A DNA stretch of 35,145 bases from Chiloscyllium plagiosum. Lineage: Eukaryota. The stretch is taken from the NCBI RefSeq assembly GCF_004010195.1, contig NC_057719.1:93912215-93947359 (forward strand). The letters run 5' to 3'. Positions 33,613 through 35,145 of this stretch are shown one piece after another. The notes beneath the pieces are model-generated. The model worked only from the letters and a program-made list of their open reading frames with translations. It was not told the DNA's origin and did no database searches. Made by a program: the position numbers and the translations under genes. The first letter of the stretch is position 1. Each line of letters begins with the position of its first letter.

Positions 33613-35145
33613 TAGAACCAGCACTCCCTCCTTAACAAAACTCCAATCAGCTTATACACTCTGATGCAGCTTTCTAACTTCCACTGTGCTTTCTGTTACC
33701 GCTCCAACAAAACACTCGTTTCCTACATCTGGCTTTTCCCTAGCCCACAAACAGACTGATTTCATGTGACCTCATTTATTGCAATGAAAACACCGGGGCT
33801 TTTTAACTTCTTTGTACGCTTCAATGGTTTCCGTTTTACCCTGTGTTACGTTATCCTTATGATCATCACTGATATCAACATATCCCTTTCCACATGAGGA
33901 TTTGTCTTTGCTCCAATTTCTATCCTTCATCGACTGAAACTGATTCTGGAAACCAAATAGTGTTTTATGAACAAATTCATAATCATCAAGCACTTCAGCT
34001 GCCAGCATTGCCCTTTTAACTCTCTCCTCTTCCAAATGAGTTTGCATTACGTCAGGCAATGAATTTTTGAACTCCAACAAATTAATTTTATCTCGAAGAG
34101 CATCCTAAGTTTGCTCAATTTTTAAACCAATTATCTGTCTCCCAAAATTACTTTGCTTGACCCTTTCAAACTCTATATGGGTTTAACGAGGATCCCTCCT
34201 TAGGTTCCTGAAACGTTTTCTAGAGGCGTCCGGCACAAGCTCGTATGCACTTTCTTTACCTCCTCATACTTCCCAGATCCCTCCTCTGATAGTGTTGCGG
34301 ATACCTCACTAGCTCTACTTACAAGTTTGGTTCGGATCAACAAAAGCCACATGGTCACTGGCCACTGAAATTGTTGAGCCACTTTTTCAAATTAAATAAA
34401 AAAGATTTCCATATCCTACCCATCAACTTTAGGCAAGGCGTGAAGATACTTAAAATGTTTCTCACCAGGATTTTGACTACCATGGGTTTTCTCATCCTCA
34501 CTCTGTTCCTCACTAAGCTTACCTTCAACCTTCATCTCCATTATTTTAAGCTGACTTTACATTTTAGTGTCCAACTCTGAAGCTCAAATGCCCTCTCTTT
34601 TTCTTTCTCTCCTCATAAAACCATTCGCTAATTTTTCTTTCTTTTGCTAAACTAATTCATTCTCTTTGTTTCTCTTCTGATTTTAGACGTAATGCAAAAA
34701 ACTTCATTTCTGCTTCTCACTCAAACTGCTTTATTTCTGTTTCTAACTCAAACTGCTTCATTTCTATATCTAATTCAAGCTGTTGCATTTGCAATTTAAG
34801 TCCAGTCATCTCTACAGATCCTAATGGAAATTCCAGCAAGTTTGAATGCTGATCTACTGCTGCAATCATCTCATCTTTCCTCAAAGTAGGAGGCAGCTTC
34901 AACTCCAGCTTGTCTGCTAGTTCCTGCAGCGTGGAATTATGTGCATTTTTGAAATCCACAAGGTCGATTCTTTTGCATCCAAAACATCATTGGGGACTGT
35001 AAGGACAATTGCTATCCGAATCTCTGTTCACCCACCAAATCAACACACGAAATAAGAGACACTAACACCTACCGCTCGCCGCCTAAATCCCGCAAAGTGC
35101 CCCCAGTCTGTTATGTCAGGGCGGGTGCTAAATAAACCATTATCT
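33613..35145 (-). mobile_element. Second copy of the Gmr1-like Gypsy gag relic (paralogous to ~988-2497)
   Basis: Colinear with ~988-2497 at an offset of 32625 over the first part. Same peptides (LEFKNSLPDVMQTHLEEERVKRAMLAAEVLDDYEFVHK; PRCFHCNK*GHMKSVC), and PBS-like tgggggcactttgcgggattt on the minus strand near 35085-35105. Confidence 0.92.

Noticed and set aside
32998..33659. 204-208 aa ORFs in the ORF track
   Set aside because: Artefacts of translating the 500-N gap.

Overview
Repeat-rich eukaryotic DNA, very likely from a cartilaginous fish (shark). This is inferred from HE1-type V-SINEs, CR1 tails and Penelope terminal repeats typical of shark genomes. Most of the window is decayed, nested retroelements: many CR1 LINE fragments, several Penelope-like elements (PLEs) with hammerhead-type cores, a Rex1/Babar LINE whose RT motif is amplified into a 42-bp minisatellite, a LINE with a tRNA-derived 5' head plus a SINE sharing its ends, and a Gmr1-like Gypsy gag-pro relic. 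The Gypsy relic occurs twice about 32.6 kb apart; the second copy starts right after a 500-N gap and shares the same stop codons. The only convincing host-gene sequence is a first coding exon (27880-28012, +) of a GPR139-like orphan class A GPCR (...YYPILAIVGVP-G|gtaagt). Its large second exon is not visible in the window. No intact transposon ORF, CRISPR array, rRNA gene or true tRNA gene was seen, and I found no clearly novel biological system. TE boundaries are approximate (read by eye, roughly +/-30 bp), and family names come from recalled motifs rather than database searches.
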